Source of the DNA: Paraspadella gotoi
Lineage: Eukaryota; Animalia; Chaetognatha
Assembly (NCBI GenBank): GCA_051294375.1
Contig: CM119263.1
Location: 29,096,079-29,160,078, forward strand
DNA: 64,000 nt
Reading direction: 5' to 3'
In this document: piece after piece, positions 60,701 to 64,000 of the stretch
Position numbering within the stretch: position 1 is the stretch's first letter
Layout of the letters: each line of letters opens with the position of its first letter
The notes under the pieces: model-generated
What the model was told of the DNA's origin: nothing
Databases searched by the model: none
The model's input: the letters and a program-made list of their open reading frames with translations, nothing else
Position numbers and translations under genes: made by a program

Positions 60701-63700
60701 CACAGTGATTTTGCCAAATGCATTCAGAGCATACAGACTTTTAATAGAATCTGTACCAGGAAGGCAAGATGGAAATGCTTATACAGCGATAAGTAATTTT
60801 CAAATGTTTGAGGACCCTACAGATGACTGTGTAAATTCTCCCTGTATTCATGGCCAGGTAATTCAATGTTAACTATTAAGCACAAATTAATTGAGAAATA
60901 AAAAAAATATGGGGTCTTATGTCAAAACCGATGCATGGAAACCGATCCTTAATTCCCTGGGAAGAAATGAGACTAGACATTGAAACGAGGGGGGGGGTGA
61001 AGGGATTTATCCCTGTTGTATTGTCTGACTCTCACCTGTTCTCTCTCTCTCTCTATCTCTCTCTCTCTCTCTTCCTTAGCTCTCTTCTTTTACTCATTTC
61101 ACTCTTACCCTAAACGATGATCTGTCAAATAAGATCGAAATATTGGTTTTCTATAAAAGAAAAAAAAATACTGCACTTGATCTTTTTCTTAATAAAAAAA
61201 ACCAACTTTTTAAATCCCCATATACAGTGCGCGGATCTACTGAACAGCTTTAAATGCAGTTGCTATTCAGGATATACTGGAATAACTTGTAATATGAATC
61301 AAGATGAATGCTCTGGTATCTTAAACGGAGGGTGTCAACAAATATGTAATAATGTAGGAGGAAATATTTACTGTTCTTGTAATCCTGGTTTTAATCTAGG
61401 AACTGATCAGAAAAGTTGCGTACAAGATGGAGAAACACTGGTAAATCAAAACAAATTTTGTCCAAATATAAGTCATAATTTTAGATTAAAACATAAAATA
61501 AAATATATATTAAAATATTTTTAAAATTAATATTATGCCTTTGTAACTCGCAGTTAAAATTTAGAATAAAAAAATTAATTCAGAATTCTAGCTAAAAAGA
61601 ATCAATTTTCAAAAATATGGCAGGATATTGCTCAAAACAAGAATAATATAATCTAATCTAATACTTAAGGGGACCCAGTGATAAAAATGATATCATAAGC
61701 TTAAGGGTCTATCATCAAAGGAATTTGAATGGTGATAGTCATTAATTTTTCTTTGCACGGGAAAGTGGCAAAAAAATTCCTATCTCTTATTGTAGCGGAA
61801 ACAAAAATTTAATAATTATGAAAAAAAAAATTAGTTGACCCTACCTAAATATTTATATAATCCATTTTTTATTTTTTGCATTAGAAAGTATTTTTTATTA
61901 AATTCCAATTTTTTATTTTTTACTGTACAAAGCTATAATTTAGGTTTAAGCCTCATTGAACAAAGGCTTTACAAGACTAATATTTTTTTATTTTTATATT
62001 TACTTAAAAGCAGACAAATCAAACCTAAATTCTATTCTTACAGAAACAAAACTATAATAATTATTAATTAATATTCATATTCATCCTTTAAATGTATAAT
62101 TAAACTATATTGATTCCTTAATTATAATAATTAAAAAAAATTTAGCAAAAGTACAGAATCTTTCTCTTCTTTTTATATTTATATTAAATTTTGATTCATT
62201 CCTAGTTTTTTTTCTTATAAATTTTATATAATAAAGCTGAAAATCTTTTTTAAAATTAGATCTTACTCTTTTTTGGAAAAAAAAATTTTAAACTTGAAAA
62301 AGATTTTCTTCTTACCGATTTTTTAAAAAAATTAAGCTCGCTGATTTTATCGAAATTTTTAACTACTTTCCAAATGATTATAGAAGAAAAAATTTATATG
62401 ATCAGAACCAGCTTAGGTTAAAGGGTCAAACGTTATGTTTTCAGCTTTTTACCCCCCCTGTTCACTTGGTCCCCTTAGAGAGTGGTCTTTTATACAATTG
62501 AAACATTCTTTGAAACATTATACCACTTCATTGAAGGGAAGCCAGGTACTCTGGGAGTGAAAAAATGCAGGAACCTGCTATGTTATTATCTTGTAAGAGT
62601 GATGGAGGCATTAAACCACCAAAGCCTGTCCAAAGTCGGGGGCAAGATGGCTTATTTATTAAATGAATGGATAATTTTTATATTGGTTGTACCAATTTCA
62701 TAACAAATTTATCAAATTAATTTAAATTTTGATTCGTTTCCAATTCCATTATTCTTTATTTTCAATTAAATATTTAAAAACAATGACTCAAAAATCAGAT
62801 GGTCGGACAGCATATTTGTTTAAGCAATTTCTAAAAGGATAAAGTGACTGCTGAAGGTATTAGAGACTAAAAACTAGTAGCATTTCCAAACTTCTAATTG
62901 TACTGTTTCAGAATCCGAATCTTAATTGCAATGACAAAATAGTATCAGTAGATGGAACTGCTGAAAGTTCATCAACATTAAATGATTCGCCAGTGGAAGA
63001 TGCGTTTAAGAATGGCGAATGGCACAGTAATGAAGGGAATGGCCAATGGATAGCTTATATTTTCAGCGATTATACTGCAGTATGTAAATATTGTTTCAGC
63101 TCCAGGTATTATGATAAAATATTATACATGTAAATATTACTGTTTGCAATGCCTTAGCTTTTAACATTTTAATCTAATAATATTAATTTTATGCCTAAAT
63201 CAACCACATAAAAAATAATAAAAATTGAATAGATTGTTATACAAAAATGTTCATGAATGACAATTTTTTTCATTGCCGATAAGGTTCATTATAAATTATT
63301 ATAAATTTATTTTAAAACATGCACTTTAACCATTTTGATCGTTGATATTTTATCATCAAAGTCAAACAAATAATGGTGAGGTAAGATGGAGTGAAGGAGA
63401 ACACCGTCTACTTGGTTACATCCAAAAATCATTTGTCGGCCACAAAGGGAACAACAACGAATGCTTAGCGTTTACAATAGGAAGATGCGTAATTTCGATT
63501 GTGGCCCAGGAAAGGAGCTCAATGATGACAAAGGAATGGACACCTTGTGTTCCGAAAAAGAACAAGAGGGGGGCGGAGTGGGAAGAGTGAATATTTTTTC
63601 ACCTCTTGTTTTGAATGAATCAACATTCAACAAAATGGTTTAAATTCATGGTCTCGTAAATAACAAAACAACTGTATCCTACAGCGATGTATTCAATGTA

Positions 63701-64000
63701 CTTTGACTAAAAAATTGTCTTTCATAAAAATTTTAAAAATTTTCTAAACTTTTTTTAGCAGGTAACAAATATTTTTTGTCGTATTTAAGTAACATTCTCT
63801 ACTTCCTTTTAAAACAAAATTTAAGCAATTTTATTATTATTTAACATAGATCATTAAAATTGATTTAAGGATTGACAATACTGAAAATAATGTTCTCTAT
63901 GATACGCCAAGAATATTTTGGGCTGAAGGTTCTAATAATGGATTGAGTTGGTGGCCTTTACAAAACAAAAATCATGCACAACCCCCTCCAGTTTTTACAG
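57729..64000 (+). CDS. Secreted EGF-repeat / F5-8 type C (discoidin/CBM32-like) protein, partial; exons 57729-57821, 58236-58360, 58440-58648, 59128-59316, 60613-60857, 61228-61440, 62912-63105, 63870->64000
   Basis: Signal peptide MTWFSTCYSISRLLIYLFIHIIFVAYGVNSQ; EGF modules (CKNGGTC...CECPPGYGGSDC; CQNEGQC; CIHGQCADLLNSFKCSC; NQDEC...GGCQQIC); two F5/8-like domains (KAFEG...WHS...PQWVGYDFG...FQGTNN...W...YRLLI; DAF...WHS...QWIAYIF...EGSNNGLSW). Splice phases are consistent. Confidence 0.85.
58017..58076. repeat. Short imperfect hairpin in intron 1 of the EGF gene
   Basis: gaaacggcaacagagtaaaaat ... atttttactctgtcgctgtttc. Confidence 0.7.
59370..60331 (-). mobile_element. Internally deleted Tc1/mariner-superfamily transposon
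   Basis: 28-bp TIRs (ccatcttggaaaat[g/a]aataagtcgccaa, one mismatch) flanked by TA on both sides. Transposase remnant 59496-59885 reads FMEDNAPPHRAK...WPGNSPDLNPIKNVW. Confidence 0.93.
61669..62474. mobile_element. ~800-bp non-autonomous DNA transposon (TTAA target, GGGG termini, Kolobok-like) inserted into repeat family A
   Basis: TIRs ggggacccagtga / tcacttggtcccc flanked by TTAA and TTAG. The empty site ctaatacttaagggagtggtc is present at 19991. Confidence 0.75.
62475..62702 (+). repeat. Repeat family A copy
   Basis: Collinear with 20000-20260. Confidence 0.9.

Noticed and set aside
63342-63643. Extra exon of the EGF/F5-8 gene
   Set aside because: Exon 62912-63105 joins 63870 in phase and continues the domain; this segment has no clear motif.

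Overview
Eukaryotic, invertebrate-animal genomic DNA with GC-rich exons, AT-rich introns and many microsatellites; the GRK2 protein looks arthropod-like. Genes in order: (1) GRK2/Gprk1 (- strand, only 3 coding exons); (2) head-to-head with it, a ~21-exon HAP2/GCS1 gamete-fusogen homolog (+, 8218-17178, possibly extending to ~20.5 kb) that the ORF track does not reveal; (3) a non-canonical cystatin-fold gene (-); (4) an atypical SLC6 transporter (-) whose 5' ~6 kb appears twice across an N-gap; (5) protein phosphatase 5 (+); (6) the 3' part of an RNF19 RBR E3 ligase (-), whose upstream intron appears to hold an antisense nested gene for a secreted EGF/F5-8-type-C protein with a Tc1 remnant and MITEs. 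The standout is the HAP2 homolog: it keeps the fusexin scaffold, but the predicted fusion-loop tip is a Lys/Arg/Glu-rich segment and a ~250-aa His-rich insert precedes the transmembrane region. All gene models were spliced by hand and families were recognised from remembered motifs, not searches. Parts of the window (30-33 kb, 35.6-48.2 kb) look like unpolished long-read sequence.
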